DNA of 64,000 bases from Chiloscyllium plagiosum (GCF_004010195.1 NC_057726.1:69479774-69543773); one strand, 5' to 3'. Positions 13,500 to 28,155 are shown, numbered from the stretch's first letter. Translations and numbers: made by a program. The notes: a model not told the origin generated them from the sequence alone.

Positions 13500-15100
13500 A
13501 AGAGTTTGAATTTGACCTGATATCTCTGATCATGTTTTTGAGATCCTTGAGGGGGAGGGGGAGCAGACCCAAGTCTTGGTCCACATGGGCACCAATGACC
13601 TAGGTAGGAAGAAAGGTGGGGATCTAAGGCAGTAATTCAGGGAGCTAGGGTGGAAGGTCCGAGCTTGAACAAAGAGCTATTATCGGTTTGTTGCCTGTGC
13701 CATGTGTTAGTGAAGCGATGAACAGGGAGTGTGGAACTGAACACATGGCTGCAAGGATGATGCAGGAGGGAGGGTTTTGGATTCTTGGATAATTGGAACT
13801 CTTTCTGGGGTAGGTGGGACCTCTACAAACACGATGGTCTTCACCTGAACCAGAGGAGTGCAATAGCCAATATCCTAGTGGAGAGATTTGCTAATGCTCT
13901 TCCAGGGGGGTTATAAACTAATGCAGCAAGGGGATGGGAACCTGAATTGTAGTTCTAGTGTACAGGAGGTTGAGGGTAATGAGGTCAGGGATAGGTTTAC
14001 AAGGTCACGTTAGGGCACCGGCAATCAAGATGTTGGTTTGAAATGTGTGTACTTCAATGCCAGGAGCATCCAGAGTAAGTTGGGTGAACTTGCAGCATAA
14101 GTTGCTCCCTGGGATTTCGATGTTGTGGCCATTTGAGAGACATGGCTAGAGGAGGGACGTGAATGGTTATTGCAGATTCTGGGATTTAGACGTTTCAGTC
14201 AGAACAGAGATGATGGTAAAAGAGGGGATGGTGGGCATGTCTTTTTTAATCAAGGGTAGTATTACAGCAGCTGAGATAACATTTGAGGACTCATCCACTG
14301 AGGTAGTTTGGGCTGAGGTTAGAAAAAGGAAAGGAGAGGTAACCCTGCTGGGAGTTTTCTATCGGCCACCAAATGTTTCCAGGGATGAAGAGGAGAGGAT
14401 AGCAAAGGTGATTCTTGATAGGAGCGAGAGTAACAGGGTGGTTATTATAGGGGACGTTAATTCCCCAATAGTTCAAGTTCTTAAGATGGGTCAGTTTTTG
14501 GTCAATGTGCGCAGGAGGGTTTTCTGACACAGTATATAGACAGGCCCATAAGGGCAACGTCATATTGGATTTGGTACTTGGGAATGAATCCAGCTAGGTG
14601 TTAGATTTGGAGGTAGGTGAACACTGGTGATAGTGACCACAATTCGGTTATGTTTACAATAGCAATGAGCAGAGATAGGTATATTCTGCAGGGAAAGAGG
14701 TATAACTGGGGGAAAGGCAATTATGATGCGATTAGGCAAGATTTAGGATGCATAGAATGGGGAAGGAAACAGCAGGGGGTGGACACACTTGAAATGTGGA
14801 GTTTATTCAAGAACCAGCTACTGCAGGTCTTTGGTCAGTATATACCTAACAGGCAGGGAGGTAGTTTTCGAGAGAGGGAGCCATAGATTATTAAAGTCGT
14901 TGAAGCTCTTGTCAATTGGAAGAAGAAGGCTTGTGGGAGGCTGAGGCGTGAAGGCTCAGTTAGGGGGCTTGAGAATTATAAGTTAGCCAGAAAAGATCTA
15001 AAGATATGGCTAAGAAGAGCCAGGAGGGGACATGAGAAGTTGTTGGCAGATAGGATCAAGGAAAATCCGAAAAGGCCTTCTATAGGTACATCAGGAATCA
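13500..15100 (+). mobile_element. CR1 5' portion: ORF1 (esterase-like) and ORF2 endonuclease
   Basis: VHMGTNDLG motif near 13580; YFNARSI, GVFYRPP, IGDVN, SDHN. Confidence 0.8.
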
Positions 15101-15599
15101 CTATTCGACCAGTATTGCAATACACACAGGCATAAAGCTGCAGTTTCAAACTTGGAGCATCCATGACACACATTTACAACATAAATGAACTCAAGATTTT
15201 TGTACAAATTAATACAACATCTTTTCACAAATTAATGCACAAATGAATGCAAGTTTATTCCACAAGATCTTGAACAAGCGAACACAAGATGTCTGCATAA
15301 ATGAACACTAAATTAGTACCCAACTGATTTTTGCACAAATTTAATGAAACTAAAACAAACACATGAAGTCAGCAAGCTTAATGGGTGTAAGATTTATACA
15401 AATGATGATAAATGCATTAAACAATTGAACACAAGACTCTTATACAAATGAACATAAATGTATCACAAAATTGAGCAGAAGCATATGATAGAATTGAACA
15501 GAAGAAGATTATTAAACAAACGTACTTCATTCCTAGCAACATATCAAGAAATATTACAAGGCTGTTCCACTTTTTCATCAACAGTTCGTCTCACAATGC

Positions 15600-16457
15600 T
15601 GGGAATCCTGATCAGGTGGGCCAATGGGCTGAGAAGTGGCAGGTGGAGTTTAATTTAGAAAAATGTTAAGTGCTGCATTTTGGAAAAGCAAACCTGAGCA
15701 GGACTTCTACACTTAATGGTAAGGCCCTAGGGAGTGTTGCTGAACAAAGGGACCTTGGAGTGCAGGTTCATAGCTCCTTGAAAGTGGAGTCGCAGGTAGA
15801 TAGGATAGTGAAGAAGGCGTTTGGTATGTTTTCCTTTATTGGTTAGAGTATTGGGTAGAGTAATTGGGAGGTCATGTTGCGGCTGTACAGGACATTGATT
15901 AGGCCATTTTTGGAATATTGCATGCAATTCTGGTCTCCTTCCTATCGGAAAGATGTTGTGAAACTTGAAAGAGTTCAGAAAAGATTGACAAGGATGTTGC
16001 CAGGGTTGGATGATTTGAGCTATAGGGAGAGGTTGGATAGGCTAGGGGTGTTTTCCCTGGAGTGTCGGAGGCTGAGGGGTGACCTTATAGATGTTTATAA
16101 AATCTTGAGGGGCATGGAGAGGGTAGTAGACAGACTATTTTCCCTGGGATAGTGGAGTCCAGAACTAAAGGGCATATGTTTAGGGTGAGAGGGGAAAGAT
16201 ATAAAAAAGACCTAAGGGGCAACTTTATCACACAGAGGATGGTACGTGTGTGGAATGAGCTGTCAGAAGAAGTGGTGGAGGCTAGTACAATTGCAATATT
16301 TAAAAGACATCTGGATGGGTATATGAATAGGAAGGGTTTGGATGGATATGGGCCAGATGCTGGCAGGTGGGACTAGATTGGGTTGGGATATCTGGTCAGC
16401 ATGGATGGGTTGGACCGAAGGGTCTGTTTCGTGCTGTAACTCTCTGTGACTCTATGA
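15600..16457 (+). mobile_element. CR1/HER1 3' end
   Basis: LEYCMQFWSP, RVWNEL and the 3' tail shared with HE1. Confidence 0.9.
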
Positions 16458-16809
16458 TTGTAAGTAGCTGCTCGATACAAATTGTGTTAAAGATGTTTAA
16501 ACTCAAGGTGGTTTCAATTACGGCACACACACCACCAACAGCAATCTCCCCATGCTGGACTCTGTAAATATCATTCCCCCACACTCAGACAATCATAGAA
16601 TGATCCCCCTCGACTGGGATCTGTAAATTATACATACACACTATGGCTGAATTCACTCTGTCTTGGTTCCTATTCTAAGTTTGTTCATATCATGTGTAGT
16701 GAAGGAATTGGCTGAAGAATTGTACCTGTGACGGGGAACTGTGGAGGTGGCTGAGATGTCTCATCCAGTCATTTCTGATTGAAGATTGTTGTAATAGGGG
16801 TAGATCATG

Positions 16810-17360
16810 CTGAAGAAGTGAGGAGGCTACAGAAGGACTTTGACAGGCTAGGAGAGTGGGCAATGCAATGGCAGATGAATACAATGTGGGAAATTGTGAG
16901 GTCGTGCACTTTGGCAAGAAGAATAGAGGCTTAGGTTACTTTATAAACGGGTAAAGGTTTTGGAATTCTGAAGCATAAAGGGTCTTGGAAGTTCTCATTC
17001 AAGGTTCTTTTAATGCTAACATGCAGGTTCAGGCAGTTGGAAGACAAATGCAATGTTAGCACTCATTTCAAAAAAGCTAGAATACAAGAGCAGTGATGTG
17101 CTGCTAAGGCTGCTTAAGGCTCTGGTCAGACTGTACAGGGAATATTGTGTGCTGTTTGGGTTGCATAATCTAAGGAAGGATGTGCTGGTATATGAGGGAG
17201 TCCAGAGGAGAATTACAAGAATGATGCTTGCTATATGAGGAGCAGTTGAGGACTCTGGGTCTGTATTCGATGGAGTTTAGAATGATGAGCGAGGATCTAA
17301 TTCAAATTGACGGTACACTGTCAGGCCTGGATAGAGTGAACATGGAGAAGATGTTTCTAT
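16810..17360 (+). mobile_element. CR1 fragment
   Basis: LEYKSSDVLLRL..EGVQRRITRM. Confidence 0.8.
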
Positions 17361-17764
17361 GAGTACATAATGTGTCACATTATGTTCTGACATTTTTATG
17401 TTTCTTAATAAATGAAACGTGTTTTATAAAATTACATTTGTTTATTTTCTTACATGTCTTCTTCTTAAGTCACTAATACTATGTTGAAATTTTGAAATTC
17501 CTTCACAGCTGCTCACCAAATAATTTCCGTCCACAGATGCTGCCAGGTCTGCTGCAATTCTCTGAGCAATTTCTGTTTTTCTTTTGCTTTTAACAAATAA
17601 TTCACTAGTTTTCCTTCAGCAGAATGAAACTCAATTCCTGAAGGCAGAAAAATTGTCATTAAATGCAAAAGAGCAGGAGCACCACTTCCCCATTTTCCTT
17701 GTTCCAGGACTGGGAAAGCAAAATCTAAACTGCAAATTGCATTTAAAATCCACTGCAAGCTACA

Positions 17765-18047
17765 GTGGGTGGCATGGTGGCACAGTTGTTAGCACTGCTG
17801 CCGCACAGTGCCAGAGGCCTGGGTTCAATTCAAGTCTGTGTGGAGTTTGCGCATTCTCCCTGTGTCTGCATGGGTTTCCTCCCACGGTCCAAAAATGTGC
17901 AGGTTAGGTGAATTGGCTATGCGAAATTGCCCATAGTGTTAGGTGAAGGAGTAAATGTAGGGGAATGGGTCTAGGTGGGTTGCGCTTCGGCGGGTCAGTG
18001 TGGACTTGTTGGGCCCAAGAGCCTGTTTCATACTGTAAGTAATCTAA
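17765..18047 (+). mobile_element. HE1-type V-SINE
   Basis: tRNA-like head, V core and tail. Confidence 0.85.
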
Positions 18048-20169
18048 TAACAAGCAAATTACATTTCTACAAAGTAATATATTTCTACAGACCAACTGAA
18101 ATGATTCAATAATCAGAATCCAATAAGCCATGTTCTTAACATATTAAATACTTTAATTCGTATTTATTCAATACACTCCTAGCTCAAAATTAACATTTTG
18201 TTTTATTCATAATGACACAGGTGTTTCTGACAAAACCTGAAGTTTTCGTCTATCACTAATTCAATCACTTAGTTGGATTTTTTTTTAGCCCAACCCATTG
18301 GTCTAAGTCTGGAGTCACACATAGATGACCAGGTTGGAACATGTGATACAGAACAATCATTACAAGAATCGATGATGCCTTTATGCCCATCCTTATTGAG
18401 ATTAACTTTCAGTTGTAGATCTTACAAGTTAAATTTAGGTTCCATAAGCTGCCAATTATGGATAATGAATCCATGGTCACTCACATGAATTTGGTTTTCT
18501 TGATTAAAAGAGACATGACCACTATGTCCTCATATATTTTACTTTTCAGATGCATGAAAGAGTTACACTGTTTTTCTTTACAAAGGTGTTACATAACCTC
18601 TGAGCATTCCCCCTCCCACAATCGCTTTTTCATTTTCTGCTCTTATTTAAGTTTTTAAACATCTACAATGTTCTGTATTCCAACTGATATAAGTTAAAAT
18701 TTATGTTAGTACAGGAGATAAATTTGTCTCATGATTTCACAATAAAGACATCAGGTCAGGATCTGCAGTCGGCATTGGAAGAAAGATTGTTGGCCTGTCT
18801 CAACAGGAGATGTTCTCAGGTTTTCGGACCAGATTATTTTCTTTTACAATATATCTGTTTTATCTATTAGTTATGTGATGTCAAGTTGATTTCCTGTTTA
18901 TACAACCAACTGGGGACATAAATGCATTTTGTATACACTTTTACTTGTAAAATGTATAAATCTCAACATACAGCGTGAACAACTAGCTGGAGCAATCTAA
19001 TTTTTATTTTCTGAAAAATAAAATACTATAGATTGATTTATGAATAATGCAAAAAATTTTAATGATTAAAGATGGGCTATTCATTTACTCAATCACATTA
19101 ACACTTGTCTGGACAATAATTATCCAAAGACAGCCCAGAACTATATTGTTGATTGTTGATAAGGAGATAACAAGAACATAAAGCAAAATCATGGTCAGCA
19201 AAATAAAAATTAGCCCACTTAAGTTGCATTTCCTCAATTCTTTAACTTCTCTCTATGATTGGTTGAACCATTGGCAATGAACCTGACAGTTTTGAGTTCA
19301 TAGCCCCTCCAGAAGTAATGTTCCAGCCAATGAGTAACCAAGAAATCTAAACATGGACAATTCAAGGGAAGCATTTTTTGGTCACTTAATTATATTTTGG
19401 CTTATGTTAATGCTTGTTGGTTCACTTTTAAATTCCATATTCAATTTTCGAAATGAATAATAACAATGGCAGTTACAATGAATGTATAATCTGATATTGA
19501 ATCCTGGAGGTAAAGTGAGAAGACATATTCAAAGCAATGGGGTAAAAACATAATTGCGATCTGAGACTATTTCCTAAATTCACTTTACATTCTGCAGGTC
19601 TGTAAAGTACACTACATTGTGATTTTAAATGAAATTACATTCACCAAGCTATTAGTGGGTGTCTGTATTCAAGGCATATACCAAAGGATATGGTGAAGCT
19701 AAAAGAACTAAGAGACATGGAGATCATGTGTGAACATGTTGTTTCAGTGTATTATGGGAAGGCAGATGGGAAAGTGAAGTTGAGACTATAACCAGATCAG
19801 TATGATCTTCACAAAGAGTGAATCAGTCTCAAACACCAAAAGGACGATTACTATTCCTAAATTCTGTATGCTTCTGGTCCTAGCATACCTGCTTTCTCTC
19901 CAAAGAAACTTATTTTACATCCATCCCCTGCATCCCTTTTATCTCAATAAGTCATAAGCTTCAAGTTTATAATTGAGGTTGCCATCTTGACAGAACACTG
20001 TGGGTTATGGAACGTCAACATCTTCCCTAATCTAAAGTAGGCATTAATTTTCAGGTTTCCTGAAATCACAGAAAGTTATCTGGCCACACCTTTACCTGTA
20101 GTATTTGGAACCCTGTGGTGTCATTATGATCTGCTTCAATTATTTTTTTTTTTGGAGCCGTTTTGTGTG

Positions 20170-21990
20170 TAGGACTAAGGAAAATCCGAAGGCAATCTAT
20201 GCTTATGTGAGGAACAAGAGGATGAGTAGAGTGAGGGTAGGCCGATCATGGATAGTAGAGGGAACTTGCCCTGGCGTCGGAGGAGGTAGGGGAGGTCCTT
20301 GATTAATACTTTGCATCAGTATTCACCACTGAGAAGGACCTTGATGTTTCTGAGGACAGTGTGAAACAGACTGATATGTGAGAACAGGTTGGTATTAGTA
20401 AGGAGAATGTGCTGAAAATTTTGAAAATCGTGAGGATAGAGAAATCCCCTTGGCCTGACGGGATATACTCTTGGTTACTACAGGAAGTGAGGGAAGAGAT
20501 TGCTGCATGTTTGGTGATGATCTTTGCTTCCTCACTGTCCACTGAAGTAGTGCCAGATGATTGGAGGGTAGCAAATGTTATTCCCTTGTTGAAGAAAAAG
20601 AATAGGGATAATCCGAGGAATTACAAACCAGTCAGTCTTATGTCTGTGGTGGGCAAAGCATTGGAGAGGATTCTGAGAGACAAGATTTAAGATTACTTGG
20701 AAAACCATAGTTTGATTGGAGATAATCAGCATAGCTTTGTGAGGGACAGGTCATGCCTCACAAAACTTACTGAATTTTTTGAAGATGTGACAAAACACAT
20801 TGTTGAAGATCGAGTAGTGGAGGTAGTATACATAGATTTTAGCAAGGCAATTGATAACGTTCCCCATGGCAGGCTCATTCAGAAATAAGGAGACATGGGT
20901 TACAGGGAAATCTGGCTGCCTGGATACAGAATTGGCTGGCTCATAGAAGACAGAGGGTGGTGGTAGTTGGAAATTTTTCAGCCTGGAGCTTGGTGACCAC
21001 TGGTGATCCACAGGGATCGGCTCTGGAACCTCTGCTCTTTGCGATTTTTATAAATGACTTGGATGAGGAAGTGGAAGGGTGGATTAGTAAGTTTGTCGAT
21101 GACACAAAGGTTGGTGGTGTTGAGGATGGTGTGGAGAGCTGTTGTAGGTTGCAACAAGACATTGACAGGATGCAGAACTGGGCTGATAAATGGCAGATGG
21201 AGTTCAACCTGGAAAAGTATGAAGTCATTCACTTTGCAAGATGGAATCTGAATGCAGAATACAGGATTCTTGGCAGTGTGGAGGAACAGAGGAATCTTGT
21301 GGTCCATGTCCATAGATCCTTCAAAGTTGCCACCCGAGTTGACAGGGTCATTAAGAAGGCAGATGGTGTGTTGGATTTCATTAACAGGTGGATTGGGTTG
21401 AAGAGCCACAAGGATTTGCTGCAGCTCTATACAGTCCTGGTTAGATAGCATTTGGAATATTATATTCAGTTCTGATCACCTCATTGTGGGAAAGATGTGG
21501 AAATTTTAGAGAGGGTGCACGGGAGATTTACCGGAATATTGTCTGGACTGGAGGGCATATCTTATAAAGAAAGTTTGAGGGAGCTAGGCTTTTCTCATTA
21601 GAGTGAAGAAGGATGAGACGTGACTTGATAGAGGTGCACAAGATGTTGACAGGCATAGATAAAATGGATAGCCAGAGACCTCTTTCCATGGCAGAAGTGT
21701 CAATCATAATGAGGCATATTGGTAAGGTAATTGGAGGAAGGTTTAGAGGAGATGTCACAGAGAGATAGGTGGGTGCGTGGAATGCACTACCAGCAGTGAT
21801 AGTAGAGTCAGATATATTAGGGACATTTAAGTGACTCTTGGATAAGCACATGTAAGATGGTATAATGAAGGGTATTCAGTTTAGTATGATCTTAGAGTAG
21901 GATAAAAGGCCAGCTCAACATCGAGGGCTGCATTGTACTGTATTGTACTGTTCTATATTCCATGTTCTGTGATCCATGTTCTGTATTCTG
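20170..21990 (+). mobile_element. CR1 ORF2 RT region to 3' end
   Basis: NYKPVSL, IDFSKA, PQGSAL, KFVDDTK. Confidence 0.9.
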
Positions 21991-21994
21991 TGTT

Positions 21995-23685
21995 AGAACA
22001 TAGAACATAGAATAACACAGCACAGAACAGGCCCTTCGGCCCACGATGTTGTGCCGAACATTTGTCCTAGCTTAAGCACCTATCCATGTACCTATCCAAT
22101 TGCCACTTAAAGGTCACCAATGATTCTGACTCTGCCACTCCCACAGGCAGCGCATTCCATGCCCCCACCACTCTCTGGGTAAAGAACCCACCCCTGACAT
22201 CTCCCCTATACCTTCCACCCTTCACCGTAAATTTATGTCCCCTTGTAACACTCGGTTGTGCCCGGGGAAAAAGTTTCTGACTGTCTACTCTACCTATTCC
22301 TCTGATCATCTTATAAACCTCTATCAAGTCACCCCTCATCCTTCGCCGTTCCAACGAGAAAAGGCCGAGAACTCTCAACCTAGCCTCGTACGACTTCCTC
22401 TCNNNNNNNNNNNNNNNNNNNNNNNNNNNNNNNNNNNNNNNNNNNNNNNNNNNNNNNNNNNNNNNNNNNNNNNNNNNNNNNNNNNNNNNNNNNNNNNNNN
22501 NNNNNNNNNNNNNNNNNNNNNNNNNNNNNNNNNNNNNNNNNNNNNNNNNNNNNNNNNNNNNNNNNNNNNNNNNNNNNNNNNNNNNNNNNNNNNNNNNNNN
22601 NNNNNNNNNNNNNNNNNNNNNNNNNNNNNNNNNNNNNNNNNNNNNNNNNNNNNNNNNNNNNNNNNNNNNNNNNNNNNNNNNNNNNNNNNNNNNNNNNNNN
22701 NNNNNNNNNNNNNNNNNNNNNNNNNNNNNNNNNNNNNNNNNNNNNNNNNNNNNNNNNNNNNNNNNNNNNNNNNNNNNNNNNNNNNNNNNNNNNNNNNNNN
22801 NNNNNNNNNNNNNNNNNNNNNNNNNNNNNNNNNNNNNNNNNNNNNNNNNNNNNNNNNNNNNNNNNNNNNNNNNNNNNNNNNNNNNNNNNNNNNNNNNNNN
22901 NNNNNNNNNNNNNNNNNNNNNNNNNNNNNNNNNNNNNNNNNNNNNNNNNNNNNNNNNNNNNNNNNNNNNNNNNNNNNNNNNNNNNNNNNNNNNNNNNNNN
23001 NNNNNNNNNNNNNNNNNNNNNNNNNNNNNNNNNNNNNNNNNNNNNNNNNACCACCCCCGTTGGCAGTGAAGACGAAAAGATCATTGCCAACGTCTGTGCA
23101 ATTTCCTCTCTTGCTTCTCACATAATCCTAGGATATATCCCATCAGGCCCGGGGGGACTTGTCTATCCTCAAGTTGTTCAAAATGTCCAACACATCTTCC
23201 TTCCTAACAAGTATCTCCTCTACCTTACCAGTCCGTTTCATACTCTCCTCTTCAACAATAGGGTCCCTCTCATTTGTAAATACTGAAGAAAAGTACTCAT
23301 TCAAGACCTCTCCTATCTCTTCCGACTCAATACACAGTCTCCCACTACTGTCCTTGATCGGACCTACCCTCGTTCTCGTCATTCTCATGTTTCTCACATA
23401 CGCATAAAAGGCCTTCTGAACCTTGTTTCATCAGCCTTATATAAGCCTCCTTCTTCCTCTTTACTAGGTATTTAACCTCCCTCGTCAACCAAGGTTCCCT
23501 CACACGACCATCTCTTTCCTGCCTGACAGGTACATACATATCAAGGACACGTCGTATCTGTTCCTTGAAAAAGTTCCACATTTCAATGACATCCTTCCCT
23601 GACAGCCTATGCTCCCAACTTATGCTCCTCATATCCTGTCTTGCTGCATCATATTTACCCTTCCCCCAATTGTAAAACCTTTCCT
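21995..23685 (-). mobile_element. CR1 sequence flanking the assembly gap on both sides
   Basis: 3' end at 21995-22402 (RGDLIEVYK, WNALP) and upstream ORF2 at 23050-23685. Confidence 0.85.
22403..23049. other. Assembly gap (647 N)
   Basis: Run of n. Confidence 0.99.
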
Positions 23686-23689
23686 CAAA

Positions 23690-24145
23690 AACTGAGTGAA
23701 TCCATGTAAGATTCTCTCAATCCGTTTTTAAGACTAGAATTAGTCAGATCATTGCGGCACAGACAGCCTGACAGGGAAACTCACACCTTCAATGCATTAT
23801 CTGGGCCAACATGACACCAATTGTTAAAGTTCACTTGAGAATGTAACTTTCAAAAATAGTTTTGCATTTTACATATGAAAGAACTGAAACCAACATGGTC
23901 ATTCTAAAAGAGGAGAGACTTAACAAACAATCCATGTCTTTTTCATTATATAATTTCAGTTACATCACACTGTAAACATTTGCTATAATTTCTGTGTCTT
24001 ACAATCTTATTCTCCACAACCACCTGATAAAGGAGTAGCGCTCTGAAAGCTAATGCTTCCAAATAAACCTGTTGGATTATAACCTAGTGTTGTGCGATTT
24101 TTAACTTTGTACACCCCAGTCCAACACCGGTGTCTCCAAATCATT
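23690..24145 (+). mobile_element. PLE-derived non-autonomous element with degenerate hammerhead motif
   Basis: Same family as 37170-37685 and 47660-48530; cctgataaaggagtagcgctctgaaagcta. Confidence 0.65.
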
Positions 24146-24329
24146 TTCTGCTCGGTACTTTACAGCCTGTAGGAGTCAGTGCTGAGCTGCACCACTTCAG
24201 ACCTTTGAACTCTATTTTCATTGCATCATCTACCAACAATGGCCCGGTCAGGTCTTGCTGCCTTTATTCTCAGTAAGGCAGAACCATTATTTCCACACAG
24301 CGAACAGCTCAACTATCACTGCTCACCAA

Positions 24330-24530
24330 TAGGATAAACAACACACTGAGGAACCTACAAAAAAACGGACAGATAACCAGGTTTGACCTACAGAGAATGA
24401 AACCTGAAAGCAACAACACCCCCAGATTTTATGGACTACCTAAAGTGCACAAACCAGACATCCCACTCAGACCAATAGTATCACTACCAGGGACACCGTC
24501 ACACAAACTGGCTAAAGAACTACAGCAGAA
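24330..24530 (+). mobile_element. Penelope-like RT N-terminal fragment
   Basis: PRFYGLPKVHKPDIPLRPIVS. Confidence 0.85.
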
Positions 24531-24659
24531 AGGAAATGGGACGCATTTAAATGTTTGGTTTATATCTCGTGCCAATGAAGTGATTGAACAATTGTGCTGA
24601 TCCATTCAATTTCCCCACAAATGATGAAGGAACTAATAAAACCATCAACATTTCTGAAA

Positions 24660-26240
24660 ATGTCTTCATGACTGAAACTTCCAGCCCAAGCAACATGCTG
24701 ATAAATCTCCTCTGCACCCTATCTGGTACTAACGCATAGACGTCTGATAAGCATGCTGAAAGGTGGATTTCAGAACTGCACACAGTATTCGTGCTGTTGT
24801 TTATCCAAAGATTTATGCAGTTGCAGCGTAACCTCCTTGCTCTTAAACTCTTTGCCTTGACTGATAAAGGCAAGGATACAAATGGCTTCTTAATCACTTT
24901 ACCCACCTGTCCTGATACCTTAACTGACGAGTGGACATGCATATCAAGGTCCCCCTGATCCTTGGTGCTTCATAGAACATAGTACAAGTGCTTCCTTGAG
25001 CCCAACTTTCATCATGTATTTCTTTGCTTCATTTTTCCTCCCCATTTACCCATTTTGAATTGCATTTGCAACTGATTTGCCATCTGATATGCTCATCTAT
25101 ATCTTTCTGTAATTTAAAGCCATCCTTCTCAATATTTATCACTCCTCCAATTCTCATATCGTGTGCAACCTGTCTGATCAACTCTCCTAATTCATGTCTC
25201 AATAATCTGTATCAACCATAAAGAGCAAGGGCCCTAACAATGACAGGGCACAGCAATGACAGAAAAACACCCGCTGCTCCATGTAACTCAGACAAAATGG
25301 TTCCAATTTGCAAAACTTTGTTGGATCCCATGAGCTCTTACCTTTGCTATCAGTCTCCCATGTGGGACTTTATCAAGAACCACGTAAAATACATTAAAAG
25401 TCTTGCCCTCAGCTACACATCTGGTCACCTCCATAGAACACAGAACGTGGAACATAGAACATAGAATATTACAACACAGTACAGACCTTCGGCCCTTCAT
25501 TTTGTGTCGACCTGTGAAACCAATCTAAAGCCAACATAACAGACACTATTCCATTATCATCCATATGTTTATCAATGGCCTGTTGCAGGCAGGGAATTCC
25601 ATGTCTTTACTATTCTATGAGTAAAGAACCTACCTCTGACACCTGTCCTATATCTATCACCCCTCAACTTAAAACTATGCCCCCTTGTGCTTGCCAACAC
25701 CATCCAAGGAAAACACTCTCACTGTTCACCCCATATGGCTTTATTATGTCGCCACTCAATCTTCTTCTCTCTATCAAAAATAGTCTCAATTCCATCAGAT
25801 TTTCCTCATAAGACCTTCCCTCCATTCCAGGCAACATCCTGGTAAAACCCCTCTGCACCCTTTTCAATGCTTCCACATCCTTCCTATAATGTGGCGACCA
25901 GAACAGTACGCAATACTCCAAGTGCACTCGCACCAGAGTTTTGTGTAGCAATGTGACCTCCTGGCTTCGAAACTCAATCCTTCTACCAATAAAAGCTAAC
26001 ACACCACATGCTTTATCATATCAACCTGGGTGGCAACTTTCAGGGATATATGGAATTGGACACCACTTTGAAAATTTCAATCAAGTTGGTCAGACATGAC
26101 CTCCCCTTCACAAAACCATGCAGGTTGTTCTTGATTAATCGCTGTCTCTCCAGTTGACATTAGTCCTTTCACTGAGAATGGCTCCCATTAGTTTTCCCAC
26201 TCTAAGGTTAGACTGACAGGTCTGTAGTTTCATAGTTTGC
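24660..26240 (-). mobile_element. Nested decayed CR1 fragments
   Basis: DKVPHGRL, HLEYCVLFWSP. Confidence 0.8.
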
Positions 26241-26622
26241 TCCTTTCTTGAGTAATGGTGGAGTAAACTACTGCAGACGCTGGAATCTGTACTGAAAACC
26301 AAAATTGCTGGAAATCACAGGGGCTTAGGGCGCATCCATGGAGAGAGAGCAGCTAACAGTTCGAATTTTGATGACTCTTCATCAGAGCTGGTGTGAAGTG
26401 TGGAGAGGGCAGCATAAGTGCAATATTGGGGGAAGAGAGGATAGATTGCTGGAAGAGAAAGAATGTTGATAGTGCAGATTAAGTGCTGGGAATGTCAGAA
26501 TGGCAGAACAATAATGTATCTAACTTCCAAACTGGAAAGAACAGACAATGTCTGGGGTGGGGGTGGGGGTGGGGCGGCAGTGAAGAGAGGCAATGGCAAC
26601 TGAGAATGCAGCAAGGAAAGAA

Positions 26623-26965
26623 TCATAGAATCCCTACAGTTTGGAAACAGGCTATTTGGCCCAACAAGCCCGCAAAGAGTAACCCACACAGACTCATTCC
26701 ATTCCCCAATTACTCTACATTTATCTCTGACGAATGCACCAAGCCTATATATCCCTCAACACTATGGGCAATTTAGCACAGCCAATTCACCAAACCTGCA
26801 CATCTTTGGGTTGTGGGAGAAAACAGGAGCACCCAGAGGAAACCCACGCAGACACAGGGAGAATGCGCACACTCCATACTGGCAGTTGCCCAAGGCTGGA
26901 ATTGAACATGGGTCCCTGGTACTATGAGGCAGCAGTGCTAACTACTGAGCCACTGTGCCCCCACA
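26623..26965 (-). mobile_element. HE1-type V-SINE (older)
   Basis: V core, tRNA-like head. Confidence 0.8.
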
Positions 26966-27658
26966 GTTAAAAGAAAGGGAAGGAATGGGAGTGGGTTTGT
27001 GATCAGAAGGTGTTAAGTTCAATATTAAGTCCTGAAGGTTGTAAAGTGCCTACTCTGGAGATGAGATGTTGTTCCTCCAGTTTGCATTGTGATTTGCTGG
27101 AGCATTGTAGTCTGCCAACGACAGAAAAGTAAGCATGCAAGGGGAGTGCTATGTTAAAATGACTGGCTACAGGATGATCGAAGTCATACTTGCACACGAT
27201 CCAGAGGTGTACTTCAAAGCTGTCACCCAGTCTTGTTTTGGTTTGCCCAATGTAGCGTATGCCACATTGGGTGCAGTGAATGCAATAGACCAGATTGCAG
27301 GAGCGAAAGGTGAAATGCTGCTTCACCTAGAAAGACTGCTTAGGCACTTGAATGATGAGCAGGGAGGAGGTAAAGGGACAAATGTTGCACGTTTGGTGGC
27401 TATGGGAAGGTAAAAACAATGACTGCAGATGCTGGAAACCAGATTCTGGATTAGAGTGGTGCTGGAAAAGCGGGTCAGGCAGCATCTGAGGAACAGGAAA
27501 GTCGACGTTTTGGGCAAAAGCCATTCATCAGATTACATGGGAAGGTGCTGTGGGAAAGGGGTGATGTTGTTGGTGCTAGAGGGATGGGCGAAGGTGTACT
27601 GGAAGAAATTTTCCCTGTGAAATGCAGATGGGGGAATGAGGGGAAGATATGATGGGTG

Positions 27659-27970
27659 ATTAGATTAGATTAGATTACTTACAGTGTGGAAACAGGCCCT
27701 TCAGCCCAACAAGTCCACACCGACCCGCCGAAGCGCACCCACCCAGACCCATTCCCCTACATTTACCCCTGCACCTAACACTACAGGCAATTTAGCGTGG
27801 CTGCACATCTTTGGAGTGTGGGAGGAAACCGGAGCACCCGGAGGAAACCCACGCAGACACGGGGAGAATGTGCAAACTCCACACAGTCGGTCGCCTGAGG
27901 CGGGAATTGAACCCGGGTCTCTGGCGCTGTGAGGCAGCAGTGCTAACCACTGTGCCACCGTGCCGCCCAC
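27659..27970 (-). mobile_element. HE1-type V-SINE, near full length
   Basis: Head, V core and (TAATC)n tail. Confidence 0.92.
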
Positions 27971-28155
27971 ACGGTGGTGGCATTCTGCTGGAGTTGTCTG
28001 AAATTGCAGAGGATGATCCTTTAAATGCGGAGTCTGGTGGAATGAAAAGTGAGAATGGGGGTGGGGTGGGGGTCCAATCACATTGTTCTGAATGTTAGAA
28101 AAGGGCAAGGTTGGAAGCAATACTGATAGGTCAGATGTGGCTGAGTGCCCTGTCA

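Noticed and set aside
22235-23125. Long ORFs of 236-296 aa
   Set aside because: Artefacts of translating through the N gap.
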